The notes under the pieces are model-generated. The model was not told where the DNA came from. It saw nothing but the letters and a program-made list of their open reading frames with translations, and ran no database searches. The translations under genes were made by a program, and so were the position numbers. From an uncultured Mollicutes bacterium (GTDB taxonomy: Bacteria; Bacillota_I; Bacilli_A; Acholeplasmatales; Anaeroplasmataceae), in contig CAMELE010000010.1 in assembly GCA_945923475.1 (NCBI GenBank), positions 1-60,564 of the forward strand: a stretch of 60,564 nt of DNA. Reading direction: 5' to 3'. Below are positions 1 to 11,300 of the stretch, piece after piece. Positions within the stretch are counted from its first letter, which is position 1. Each line of letters opens with the position of its first letter.

Positions 1-398
1 TACAAACGGTAAATGCCAATAGTAATGTAGTATTTACTAATACCGCTGTTCCAGGTAGTTGCGCCATGGTTCATCGTGAAGGTAGCGGATTAGTAACTTT
101 ACGAGGTATAACTAATCAATGTAGAGCTAGATTTAAGGTTACTTTTGGAGCTAATGTAGCTCTTCCAACTGGCGAAACTGTAGCTCCTATTTCTTTGGCA
201 ATAGCTATTAATGGGGAGCCTGTTGCAGAAACTACAATGATTTCAACTCCAACTGCAGTAGAATAGTTTAATAGTATTTCTCGTGCTCTATTTTTAAATG
301 TTCCACGTGGATGTTGCCAATAGATAAGTGTTGAAAATACCAGTGCTTCTTCTGTTAGTGTTGAAAATGCCAGTCTTATTATAGAGAGGGTGGCGTGA
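1..398 (+). CDS. 3' part of a BclA-C (C1q/TNF-like) C-terminal domain protein, probably a collagen-like or tail-fibre protein
   Basis: Frame is open from the window start. Tail ...FKVTFGANVALPTGETVAPISLAIAINGEPVAETT...VENTSASSVSVENASL resembles the BclA C-terminal domain. Two in-frame TAG at 264-266 and 333-335. True stop is TGATAA at 396-401. Confidence 0.45.
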
Positions 399-401
399 TA
401 A

Positions 402-848
402 ATGAAGAAATTATGTGAAATTAAAGATACTTTAATTAATTTAGTGGAATAGCAAATGACTAATCCTCAATGCGTTGATACCCATGAAATGGGTGAAGTA
501 ATTGATATGATTAAGGATTTAGCTGAAACTTGTTATTATGTATCAATAGTAGAAGCAATGGAAGATAAGGAAGACCATGAGGAAAGTAGCCGCCAAACTG
601 ATACTATGTATTATGGTATCGGAGCTATGAATGATGATAATAAAAAAATGGGCCATAGCCCAATGAAGCGTAAATCCTACATTGAAAGTAAGGAACTTCA
701 TATGGACTAGGCCCAATAGATGAGAGAGTTAGAAGATTATGCCCAAGTCCTAACTTCTGATCTTTTAGAAATGATTCAGGATGCTACTCCTGAAGAAAAA
801 CAATTATTACAAAGAAAGATAGCTACATTAGCTACAAAAATTGTATAA
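402..848 (+). CDS. hypothetical acidic protein with three in-frame TAG
   Basis: ATG at 402 after GAGAGGG. ORF track shows 456..710. Frame continues through TAG codons at 450, 708 and 717 to TAA at 846. Confidence 0.45.
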
Positions 849-860
849 GAATAATAAATA

Positions 861-893
861 AAGGGAAGCAATTGCTTCCCTTTATTTTTTTTT
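861..893. terminator. bidirectional rho-independent terminator
   Basis: Perfect palindrome GGGAAGCAATTGCTTCCC flanked by A-run and T-run (aaagggaagcaattgcttcccttttttttt). Sits between convergent genes. Confidence 0.6.
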
Positions 894-1329
894 ATTCTTG
901 TACGTCATGGACAGGTAATTGGACAGCCCGTTCATAATAAGTTTTTGCTTGACCATTTCCACCCAAGCCAGCATAAACTTTATAAAATTCAACTAATTGT
1001 TCATATTCAGTATTTGTCATAAATCCTTGCTGAATATAGGCTTTACACAATTGAGTTAATCTAAAGCGATAAGAAGATAAAATTAAATCCATATGTTTAT
1101 TAGTATCATTATTGCTTTCTAATACATACTTTCGTAGTTCTTCAATTTCTTGACGAATTGGTTCAATATGAGTTTCAATTGTGTTATCTAAACTACTGTT
1201 TTCTTTTTCTTCAATTAGTTTTTTATAAGTTTTCATTTTGCTATAAAGATATTTACAGAAGGCTAAGGCACCTGCAGAAATTAATCCAAAAACAATTTCA
1301 AGCAAATGTGTTGTAATAAATTCTAACAT
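892..1329 (-). CDS. membrane-anchored hypothetical protein (N-terminal TM helix plus coiled coil)
   Basis: 145-aa ORF. Hydrophobic N-terminus LLEIVFGLISAGALAF. RBS GGGAGG upstream. Confidence 0.5.
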   Translation of the reverse strand: MLEFITTHLLEIVFGLISAGALAFCKYLYSKMKTYKKLIEEKENSSLDNTIETHIEPIRQEIEELRKYVLESNNDTNKHMDLILSSYRFRLTQLCKAYIQQGFMTNTEYEQLVEFYKVYAGLGGNGQAKTYYERAVQLPVHDVQE

Positions 1330-1390
1330 TTATATAATCCTCCCGACATAATTTTGTCGCTCTTTCTCATTATAAATAAAAGAAAGAATT

Positions 1391-1424
1391 ATATAATTAT
1401 ATAAAATTGACCGTCATTCCCAAT
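1391..1424 (-). promoter_or_regulatory. possible sigma70-like promoter
   Basis: Minus strand reads TTGGGA-N16-TATAAT (with a second TATAAT) upstream of the 892..1329 gene. Confidence 0.3.
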
Positions 1425-1437
1425 TTAATTCATCCTA

Positions 1438-1920
1438 CTATGATTTAAAATATGCAGTGTATAAACATATAGCATCACAAACATCATCATTTGCATCAAT
1501 ACCATACGTATCTTTTACATATTTTATATCAAGAGGTTTAAGGTTTTCACGTTTAATACCACGGCCTGTTTTAATTCCTAAATTTTTTCGCCATTCACTA
1601 GCTTGCATAAATTCTATGCTTTTGGAATTTATATTATTATTTACGCTATGAGCACCAAGAACTATAGACCCTTGAAGCCACATAAGTAATCGAGCTGTAT
1701 CTGAATAACCATAGGCTTCTGGATGAACATCTTCAGCGATTAATTTTTCTATATTATATTGTTTTACTAATTCTATAATTCCACTTTGTATCTTTTGGAT
1801 ACGACTTATATTATTAGAAGAAGAAGCAGTAAGTAAACCATAAGTAATTAATTTACCTTTATCATCTGATATAGCATATCCAGTAGATTTAGTGGATAAG
1901 TCTAAAAATAAAAAATTCAT
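1438..1920 (-). CDS. ruvC: RuvC-like Holliday junction resolvase (phage/Lactococcus type)
   Basis: MNFLFLDLSTKSTGYAI... and C-terminal DDVCDAICL motifs. RBS GGAGGAG. Confidence 0.8.
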   Translation of the reverse strand: MNFLFLDLSTKSTGYAISDDKGKLITYGLLTASSSNNISRIQKIQSGIIELVKQYNIEKLIAEDVHPEAYGYSDTARLLMWLQGSIVLGAHSVNNNINSKSIEFMQASEWRKNLGIKTGRGIKRENLKPLDIKYVKDTYGIDANDDVCDAICLYTAYFKS

Positions 1921-1962
1921 ATAAATCTCCTCCTATTATAGAAGGAGATTATTATTTATTGA

Positions 1963-2511
1963 TTAATTATTAGCGTCCTTACTTGTTGAACCAAACCCAC
2001 CAATTCTTGTACCTTCAGCCTTATCATCATCTGTAATAAGGTAATTTCTAATAACACCTTGACCGATAATATCTCCTTTGGCAATTTTAATATTAAAAGG
2101 AGAAAGATTAATTAATTGAAAATAAATATGTCCTTCATTATCAGGATTATTATAATAATCAGCATCAATAATGCCAACTCCATTAGCAAGGATAATCCAA
2201 TGCTTTAAAGGTAAAGAAGAACGGACAGATAATTCAAGGAATTGACCATCTTCCATATGGCATTTCATTCCAGTAGGAACAAGTGTAGGCTTTAGTTTAA
2301 GATCTTTAGTAATTTTAGCCATGTCATTTAACGAAATAATATTATTAGTAGCTACCCCATTTTTAAAAGCCTCTATAATATGTGTATATGAAGGAATTAC
2401 GACATCTTCAGCAGATGCAAAATCATAGCCTGCACTATATTTCGTTTTTCGTTCTGGCATTGGCAAATCACAATCTATATATTTATTTACCTTTTCAAAA
2501 TAAATACTCAT
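1963..2511 (-). CDS. dut: dUTP diphosphatase (dUTPase)
   Basis: Trimeric dUTPase motifs SAGYD, RSS, GIIDADYY and C-terminal RIGGFGSTSK. Confidence 0.9.
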   Translation of the reverse strand: MSIYFEKVNKYIDCDLPMPERKTKYSAGYDFASAEDVVIPSYTHIIEAFKNGVATNNIISLNDMAKITKDLKLKPTLVPTGMKCHMEDGQFLELSVRSSLPLKHWIILANGVGIIDADYYNNPDNEGHIYFQLINLSPFNIKIAKGDIIGQGVIRNYLITDDDKAEGTRIGGFGSTSKDANN

Positions 2512-2514
2512 TAG

Positions 2515-2784
2515 TTAATTAGTCTCCCCATCAAAATTAGTTCTGTTTGTATAACAAGGTGAAATATGGTCAGTAGGTTCTTTTTCATCATTGAATTTTT
2601 TCACAAGGGTTACTTGATACCATTCATCAATAATCTCACCCTTCTATTTACGCTCTTTCTTTGTAGAAGAATATTTAGCTAAATCATATTCTTTATCCTA
2701 TTTGGCTTTATTAATAAGTTCAGCCGCTTCTTTTTCTGTATCTACTCTATATACTTCAGTAGTATTAATTAAATATTCAAACAT
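2515..2784 (-). CDS. hypothetical protein (89 aa, two in-frame TAG)
   Basis: ATG after GGAGAAAAT. Frame is open through two TAG. TAA stop abuts the dut start. Confidence 0.4.
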
Positions 2785-2795
2785 ATTTTCTCCTA

Positions 2796-3056
2796 TTAAT
2801 TTACATAAACTTTAATATTATTATTACTATATTTAGTAATTAAAGAATTTTCGATAGTTTCTTTAAGCCCTTCACCATAAGTCTAATTGCCATAAAGATG
2901 GATATCACTATCTTTATATTGCTCTGATAATTTGGTTAAAGTATCGCTAAGATTATCAAGGCGGCAAGTGCAAACTATACTGGGCTTTTTATCATTTGGG
3001 CCTTGGTAATAAATAATTTGCGTTGTATTAAATAAATCAAAATAAGTAAATAACAT
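2796..3056 (-). CDS. hypothetical protein (86 aa, one in-frame TAG)
   Basis: ATG after GGGAGATAATT. Ends in TAATAG. Confidence 0.4.
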
Positions 3057-3058
3057 AA

Positions 3059-3574
3059 TTATCTCCCTATAACTGGAACAATACCAGCATCATAATTAAA
3101 TAAATGATAACAATTAGTTTCATCATTATTTGTAATCCAAATTTCAACTGCCCCAGAGCCACTATCATTAATATCTTTAATTTGACCTAAATTCTTAATA
3201 ATATCATAAACAGCTGAAGTCATATTAAGATAAGGATTATCATTACTTAAGCTATTGGTTTCAAATACTGTATAATAATTTAATTCATTACATAAAAGCA
3301 TAAAATATTTATTATTACTTTCTTGAACATAATTATCAATAATTTCTAATTTTTTATCTACTTCTTCTGGAGTAAGTTCTTTCATTTGGCCAATTACGCA
3401 TTTATTTAATTCATAATTGCTCATTTTAAAATCAACAGTATCAGTCAGAACACTCCATTCAGTACCAGACCAAACATAATTATGAGTATCAGTTGTATTA
3501 TAAAATACATCTCCTACTTGTGGTTCTTTCTATACTGCTTCTTCTAAATTAGCAATTTTTCCTCTATATCTCAT
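3059..3574 (-). CDS. hypothetical protein (171 aa, one in-frame TAG)
   Basis: ORF 3059..3424 extends 150 nt upstream through one TAG to ATG at 3574. ATGA overlap with the nrdG stop. Confidence 0.5.
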
Positions 3575-4062
3575 TTATTAATCTCCTTTAAATTTATGAT
3601 ACTTTGATTTTTACTACCTCTCATTGATAGTGTAATATCTCTTTGAGACTGAATATATGGACCATCAATTAATACATCAGCTTTTTTAAGAATCTCTTGA
3701 AGCTTACCATTAGTAGTTTGCTTAATTAAATCATCATAATAATATCCAGTCCAAACATAAATTTTAGTATTAGGAAGCTTTTCTTTAATTGTATTAATAA
3801 GAAGTAGAGTAAGTAATTGATTTTGTTCACATAATGGTTCGCCACCCATTATACAAAAATCTCTATGAATACCGTTGGCTTGAAGTGCTTGAAATATTTC
3901 TTCAAAAGTCTCATTAGTAAATTCTTTACCTTTTTCAAAATCCCAAGTTTCAGGATTATGACATCCAAAACAATGATGCGGACAGCCTTGAGTGAAAAAA
4001 GAAACACATACTCCAGGAGCCGCGGCAATATCATTTTTTATAATTCCTGCATATCTCATCAT
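3571..4062 (-). CDS. nrdG: anaerobic ribonucleotide reductase activating protein (radical SAM)
   Basis: CPHHCFGCHNPETW is the CxxxCxxC radical-SAM motif typical of NrdG. 163 aa. Confidence 0.9.
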   Translation of the reverse strand: MMRYAGIIKNDIAAAPGVCVSFFTQGCPHHCFGCHNPETWDFEKGKEFTNETFEEIFQALQANGIHRDFCIMGGEPLCEQNQLLTLLLINTIKEKLPNTKIYVWTGYYYDDLIKQTTNGKLQEILKKADVLIDGPYIQSQRDITLSMRGSKNQSIINLKEINK

Positions 4063-4736
4063 ATATACTTAATTTCCTCCACTTCTAAATCTAAATCATC
4101 AACATCATCTTCATCATCAGTTTCAATATAATAAGCAGAACACTAACAATTAGTATGGTAAGGAGGAAGAGGAACATCTTCTCCTGCAGGGTATTCTCCA
4201 TTCCATTCACCGCATAAATCATCGCAAGTTCCTGTTTCAATTACAAGTATTGAAGCTACAGGTTTTATTTTCATTTTCATTAAATGAGTAAATAAATATC
4301 TACCTTCATTATTTAACAAGCGAGAATACATATTAGCACCAAAGCTTTTTAAGCTCTCTGGAAAATCACCAGATAATCTTTTTTCTTCTAAATCATCTAA
4401 ATATTTAGTAATTCGCTCATCTAATGTTTTTCCATCTTCTTGAAAGGTTAAATCTGTTATATTTTTTAAATTAAAAGGAGCTACTGTTTTATAAATCTTT
4501 CCTAACTATATATTAATTTCAGAATAAAGATTTTCTAAAGCCTTATAAAATAAATTGATTAGAATATCTCGATGTTCCTTCGTATTAATTTTTTCATCAT
4601 TAACTATCCAAGAAAATATTATTTTTATAATTACCTCTAATTCCGAATCAATTTTTTTATTTAATACTTCAGTGGCTTTTTCTAATTTATCTTTTATTTT
4701 ATAATGCTTTTTTAAAGGTCTTTTAGAATAATTCAT
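4059..4736 (-). CDS. hypothetical protein with acidic C-terminus (225 aa, two in-frame TAG)
   Basis: ORFs 4506..4760 and 4143..4331 are in one frame, joined by TAG at about 4506 and 4143. RBS GGAGG sits 7 nt before ATG at 4736. TGA overlaps the nrdG ATG. Confidence 0.5.
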
Positions 4737-5080
4737 TCCATAACCTCCCAAGAGCAACAATATAAACTACAATAAGGAATAATTATTGTTTTTAATATTT
4801 CCTCATTATTATAATTTTTAGATATTTTTATTTTATAAAATCTATAACCTCTGGTATTCTAAGTTATAGGTAACCATATCCATCGCTCATTATTTTCTTG
4901 CCATTCTATACGAGTTTTTGATATTCTGATTGGTATAATATTATTTTTATCTAAATAATTGTAAACTTCTTGCGAATTATCAGTTATATAAGCACATATC
5001 ACTATCTAATTAGAACAAGGATACTTTCTTCCTTGTTTCTAATTAAAATAGTTTGCTAAATCATAAATTGAATGTATCAT
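4733..5080 (-). CDS. hypothetical protein (115 aa, three in-frame TAG)
   Basis: ATG at 5080 forms an ATGA overlap with the nrdD stop. Frame is open to TGA at 4733. Confidence 0.35.
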
Positions 5081-7362
5081 TCCATCTACCCCGTATGTTT
5101 TACTCGTGCTTCTACTTCTTTTTGTTTTCCATAGTTAAAAGCAGTTTTATAATTTCCAGTTAAATAACCGGTTACACGACGCAACTATTGAATATGAGTA
5201 CTACCGCATTCAGGGCATTTATTATTAAATTCATCACAATATCCGCAGTCAAGGCAAGTATCATTAGGTACATTTACCGCAAAATAAGGGATATCTTTAT
5301 CCATAGCATAATTAACAATTTGTTCAAGAGCATCAATATTATGCTTTACTGTAGAATCTAATTCTACATATGTAATACATCCAGCAGAAGAATAACCTGT
5401 CAACTGACTTTCAATATCAATTTTGTCAAAGGGAGAAATTTTCTTCCATACGGGAACATGAATACTATTAGTGAAAAATTCTTTATCAGAAACATTAGGT
5501 ATGATGCCATATTTTTCTTTGAATTTTTGCATTGCCGTATAACATAAATTTTCAGCTGGTGTATAATATACTCCAAAATTGAGTTTATATTCTTCTTTAA
5601 ATTCAGCACAACGTTGTTTAAATAATCCTTCAATCTTCTTAGCTAATTCCATACCTTCTTTGGTAGTATGGTCTTTACCAATAAGAATTTGAAGAGTTTC
5701 AGCTAAACCAATCTATCCTATAGCTAATGTACCATGTTTAAGTGCACTTCTAATTCCTTCTTCTGGAATATATCCTGCCATTAAATTATTTTCATACATA
5801 AACTTTGCAGATTTCGGATCTTGTGAGCAAATCCAATCAAAACGTTCCATTAATTGAATTCTTGCTTCGTTAATCTTTTGATCAAGATTATAAAGAAATC
5901 TATCAATTAAAATTGCATTATCATCGAAAGAATGATGATTTTTTACATCTTTTTCAAAATTAATTTTACATTCCATAGCAATAGTTGGAAGAATGATAGT
6001 TACTGGGCAAATATTACCACGACCATCTTTTAGCTGGCCGAAACCATTAATATCATATCCATTGGCTGTTCTACATCCCATTGTAGAAAAATAGGTACGA
6101 GGATCGTTGATGTCATATCCTGCGTTTCCAGACCAATCTACATTAGCATAATTTGGATACAATCTTGTGGCAGTTGAACGTAATGCGAGTTTAAATAAAT
6201 CGTAATTTGGGTCTCCTTCTTCACGATTAACGCCTTTCATGCATTGGAAAATTCCGCAAGGGAAAATAGAAGTTTTATGTAATTTGCCAATACCTTCAAT
6301 AGATACATCCAAAAGTGCTTTAGTAATCATTCTTCCTTCTGGAAGAGTACAAGTACCATAATTAATAGAGGTAAATGGCAACTAATTTCCTGAACGAGAT
6401 TGTAAAGTATTAAGATTATGATACATACCTTCTACTGCTTGATGGACTTCTTTAATAGTCATATCCATAGCATATTGATATACTTTATTAAAATCTCCAG
6501 CATCATCTATTTCATTTAGATAAGCTGAATAGTCATTAATTGGGATATCTATAATTTTTTTATATGTATCACTATCTTCTAAATAGTTATTTAAATTCCA
6601 ATTACAATTGCATAAGTATTTCATACCATCACGGTAATGCTTATAGAAAGATTTACGAACATAAGGAACCATAGTCCAATCAAGATGAGTGGCACTAACG
6701 CCGCCAAATTGAGAAAGACTTTGAATTTGGAAAATAACAGCTACTAATTGGAAAGCTGTATTTACTGAACCTGCTGGACGTACATCTGTCTGACGTGTGT
6801 TAAATCCATTAGCAAGCAAATCATCAAAAGGAATGCTTAAGCAATTATGAGAACCAACATAATAAGCATCAAGATCATGAGTATAAATCATATTCTCTAA
6901 ATGATTTTTGCGAGTCATAGGAGATACAATATAATCTAAAGCCAATTGTTTAGTTACAACGCTACTGGCTTCACCAATACGGCCGCCGAATGATGCTTCA
7001 TCTACATTCGCATTTTGATTTTTAATATCTTTACCATCTAATTTTTTTCTAATAGCTTGAATGAAATCATCTTTTTTCTATCGAGCTACTTCTTTTTTAT
7101 ATCTATATCTAATATAGGCACGAGCAACATCACGTCGTTCTGACTACATTAAGTAATCTTCAATTATATCTTGAATATCCTCTACTTCAATACTACCATC
7201 TGGACATTTATTTATCCAAGATTCAATATCATTGGCAATATCAATAGCTGTATCGTTTTCATATAACTATCCATCAACTTCTATAAATGCTTTGTTAATA
7301 GCATTAATTATTTTATTTTTATCAAATAATACAACTGTACCATCACGTTTAATTATATACAT
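5077..7362 (-). CDS. nrdD: anaerobic ribonucleoside-triphosphate reductase (class III RNR), about 761 aa, with seven in-frame TAG
   Basis: N-terminal ATP cone (MYIIKRDGTVVLFDKNKIINAINKAF) starts at 7362 after GGAGG. ORFs 6382..6945, 5713..6381 and 5185..5652 lie in one frame. The TAG at 6382-6384 is directly followed by the next codon, and a further TAG lies at 5713. The C-terminus carries Zn-ribbon cysteines and the glycyl-radical motif RRVTGYLTG. Confidence 0.85.
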
Positions 7363-7375
7363 TTTTTAACCTCCG

Positions 7376-7419
7376 CACTAAATATAGTATAAATTTTTAA
7401 ACTTATACTATATTTAGTG
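7376..7419. repeat. perfect 17-bp AT-rich inverted repeat (hairpin) in the nrdD leader
   Basis: CACTAAATATAGTATAA(N10)TTATACTATATTTAGTG, immediately upstream of the nrdD RBS. Confidence 0.5.
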
Positions 7420-7461
7420 TTTGTTATTAGTTAATTATCTATTTTGGCTTAAAATTTAGTA

Positions 7462-8025
7462 CTAAAACCAATCATAATTTGTAATTATATCACAGCATTT
7501 TAATCTGTCTCTTTCCGTTTCATTAAATAAAATTTGCATATTATTAAAATTTATATTTTTAAAATCTTCTTCATCAGCAGAATAACGTCTAATAATTTCT
7601 TTTATATCAGGATATTCTTCTCTATTTAATTGACGAAGGAGGCGCTGTTTATCAGAAGCATGAATATAATATATCCGTAAATCAATTTCTTGAAATTTAA
7701 TTAAAGCTCTAATTCCCGAAGGATTAAAAATACCTATATTAATTTTATCATCCTCTAAACAACTAATAGCAGTCCCATACCACCAGTTATTAAATTGAAC
7801 ATATTCAAGCATTTGATTATTATTTATCATTTGTTTGAATTTTTCTTCAGATATGAAATGATATTCTTTACCTTCAGTCTCTCCCTCACGCATTGGACGA
7901 GTTGTGTAAGAAACAATTATATTCATAGGTAATTCATAAGCTTTTACTACATCTTTTAAAATAGTATCTTTGCCCGAGCCGGCCTTACCTATAAGCGCCA
8001 CTAATTGATATTTTTTATTCTTCAT
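7462..8025 (-). CDS. guanylate kinase-like nucleoside monophosphate kinase
   Basis: P-loop GKAGSGKDT and TTRPMREGE (TTRxxRxGE guanylate-kinase signature). Confidence 0.7.
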   Translation of the reverse strand: MKNKKYQLVALIGKAGSGKDTILKDVVKAYELPMNIIVSYTTRPMREGETEGKEYHFISEEKFKQMINNNQMLEYVQFNNWWYGTAISCLEDDKINIGIFNPSGIRALIKFQEIDLRIYYIHASDKQRLLRQLNREEYPDIKEIIRRYSADEEDFKNINFNNMQILFNETERDRLKCCDIITNYDWF

Positions 8026-8384
8026 TTATCAAGATTCCTTAATTTTTCTATTTTATATTGTTCAACATTAGTATTATAACAAATTGAATCTTTAAAATTA
8101 AACCCTTTAAAACTAGCTAACCGAATTTTAGAAATATAAGTCAAAAAATTAAAAGAATTATTTTTTGCCATTCTATATTCATAAAGATCTAAATATACAT
8201 CTAATAACAAAGGAATATCTAGATCTTCACATAATTTAATTATATTTTTAAAATCCATTGGGTTTATAGATTTTCCGCAGTCTTTGCAAATAAATAATCT
8301 TGGCTTACGCCATTCATTTTTAGTAAATATAAAATCTTTAATATTTTTTATCTAATTACAATATGCACATTTTTTATCATTCAT
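8022..8384 (-). CDS. zinc-ribbon protein (120 aa, one in-frame TAG)
   Basis: CAYC...CKDCG Cys pairs. ORF 8022..8258 extends through one TAG to ATG at 8384. ATGA overlap with the downstream kinase. Confidence 0.45.
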
Positions 8385-11300
8385 CTTCAGCTTCTCCCTA
8401 AAAACGATTATTCCTTAAAATTAAGTTCCCATCAGGTTGAATTTCATCAATATGATAAAGTTGATGGCCCGCAGTTGAGGCATACTTTTTAGCAATGAAA
8501 TCATCACCTGAACGAATACCCTGAACTACAATCATATTGCCGCGATTAAACCAAGATTTTTCAATAATTTTTTTAGTTCCATCAGGTTGTTTTTGAGAAA
8601 TTTGTTTATCGAATAACGTAAAATATTCTTTCCTAAATTTTACATTTACTACTCCTGTTGGAGTAAGAATTGTTACGATACTTTTATTTTTATTTTTAGC
8701 AATACAAGTACCGCATAATTTAGATAAATAATAAATATTTATTGTTTTTCCGGCTTTAACAAAACTTCTCTCTACTACTGGGTCTTCAGGTAAACTGTAA
8801 AAATCAGCAAACCCATATTTACTTTGATTCACTTTAGCTAATTCATGTTCATGGTAATAGAAACACAATACTTCCATTTCCCAAGCTGAATAATTTACTT
8901 TAGGACAATATTTTTTCCAATCCTCTTTAAATATAATTTCATTTAACTTATTTAATATTTCTTCTTTATTATCAGCAATTTGTTTACGATAAACATCCAT
9001 CCAACCTTGATAGACTTTATCATTCCAATCTTTAATATTTAAATAAAAATTAGAATCTTTATTCTGAATTAAATCATCTTTATCAATTTTTTGCAAGAAA
9101 TTAATAGCTCTATCATCTAATTTATAATTAATTTTATCATATTTACAAATTTGTTTTAAATAACGAGTAAATTCATAAATATGTAAAGCTTGCTGCCGTT
9201 CAGGAGTATCAGCAGGAAGAAGATTAAATTTCATTAAAGTAGCTAAATTTTGAAGATTAAGATTTTTCTTTTTATCACAAGTTTCCCAAATATACCAAAC
9301 CATACAAAGTTTTCTTTCCATCATATGGTCAAATGCTCCACCCTTAATAAGGGAAATCATTGCTTGCTTATTAGGATTAACTTTATTCAAGAAATCTCTT
9401 GGAGATTTATAGGGTCTATTTTCAATAATAGTTTTAACTACATCATCACCAACATTTAGCATACCTTTTAAACCAAACAGAATTTGATTATTTTCAACAT
9501 CAGGAATAAAACTAAATTCTGATTTATTAATATCAGCAAGGCTTACTTGAATACCAGCCTTACGAATGTCTCCAATAGCTTTAGCAATCTTTCCATAGTC
9601 AGTAGAATTAGTTTTTCTTATCTTAGATTTTCTATCAGGTAAATCTTCAAAAGTAACTCCATTAGCTAAATCGTCAGCTTCTGGGTCATAAATATCTACA
9701 ATTTCTTCTTCGCTATTATCTTCTAGACTTCCGCTATTAACAATCAAACAAGCACAATTCCAATAGATAGGATTATAATGAATAACAAAATAAATCATTT
9801 GAATAGCTACGAAACTATAAGGTAAACTATGATTTAATGAAAACGCATATCCTAATTGCGGTGCTACTGCTGTTTCCCAAAAATATTCTGCATCATTTTT
9901 ATTATCAAAACGACTAAATACTTGTTCTTTTAATTGAGGAATTTTAGCCATTTGTTTTTTAGCAACAACTTTACGGGCGGAATTTGCTTCACCCAATGTA
10001 AAATGTGCTATATCCATAAGGATTTCCATCATTTGTTCTTGTAAAGGACAACAACCATAATATTTATCACAATGTTTATGAAATTTATCAATAAGTTCTT
10101 GTGGCAAATGATGTTGTTTCATTTCTTTATCAAATGCTTGGATACCTTGATGTTGAATACGATAAAATCTATCTTGCTGTGATTCTTTGCCCTTTTCAGA
10201 CATAAGACGCATCATAGCATTAGCCGCGGTCATTTCCATAGGATTTTGCGGTTTTAATTTTTTAGCGATAGCTAATCCTACACCAGTAGAGAACTGGAAA
10301 CAGTCTAATACATCACCAGCGGCAAGATGATCCCAAATCTTTTGGTCTGTTGTATCTATTACTTCTGGATGAATATATTGATTATAAAAATCTCTTAAAG
10401 ATAAATTAGGAATTTCTTTTGCTTTTAATAGTAATTCATAACAAGTAATAATTTTGTCAGAAGCTTCAGTGACAAGGAAATCATATTTCGTATCACCTGC
10501 TGCTTCAGCTTGATGCAAATCCCAACAAGTAATTAAACTACCACTAGGTGTTCTCATAAATGCTGCTGTATCATATGGATCATCGCCATAAAGAATAACA
10601 CCAGAAGCATGAGAAGAACGTTTATTAACGATGCCACCAATATAAATAATTATATCAAGAAGTCCTGGATATTCATTTACTTTATTAATAAATGCTTTAA
10701 CAGGTTTTCTATCTTTTTCTTCATTGCCATAAATAACATCATTAATTTCCCATAAAAATCCACGCTCTTGTGGAATAAGAGAAGACATATATTGAGCTTC
10801 ATCTACATCAATACCATTTGGATATTTATCAGATCTATATCCTCTACAAGCAGTAAGAATGGCAGATTTAGTAGTTTCAGTACCAAAAGTAGCAACCTGA
10901 ATTAAACCTAATTCTCCACGCTCTTTACGAATAGCTTCAAAAATCGCTGGTCGTTTTGAAGGAGCCAAATCAATATCAATATCAGGTAGTTCGGCTCTCT
11001 CTTTATTCAAAAATCGCCAATATGGTAAACCCCATCGAATTGGATCCAATTGAGTTATTCCTAATAGATAGTTAGATAAGAAACCTGTGGCTGAACCACG
11101 TCCTGGACCTACAATAGAACCACAATCCCAAAACAAGTCAATATAATGTTTAAAAGTATTAAAATAGGCAAAAAGGCAATCATCTAATTTTTCGCCAATA
11201 TCTTTTATAATATCTGCTTCAATTTCAAGACGATTTAAATAAATATCTAATTTATCATCTAAAATGCTTTTGTTATATATTTTTTCTAATAAAGACATAT

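Noticed and set aside
329-374. Tandem AGTGTTGAAAAT(A/G)CCAGT repeat
   Set aside because: Only two copies, inside the coding frame of the BclA-C-like gene, where they encode SVENTS/SVENAS. It is a coding repeat, not a CRISPR or regulatory array.
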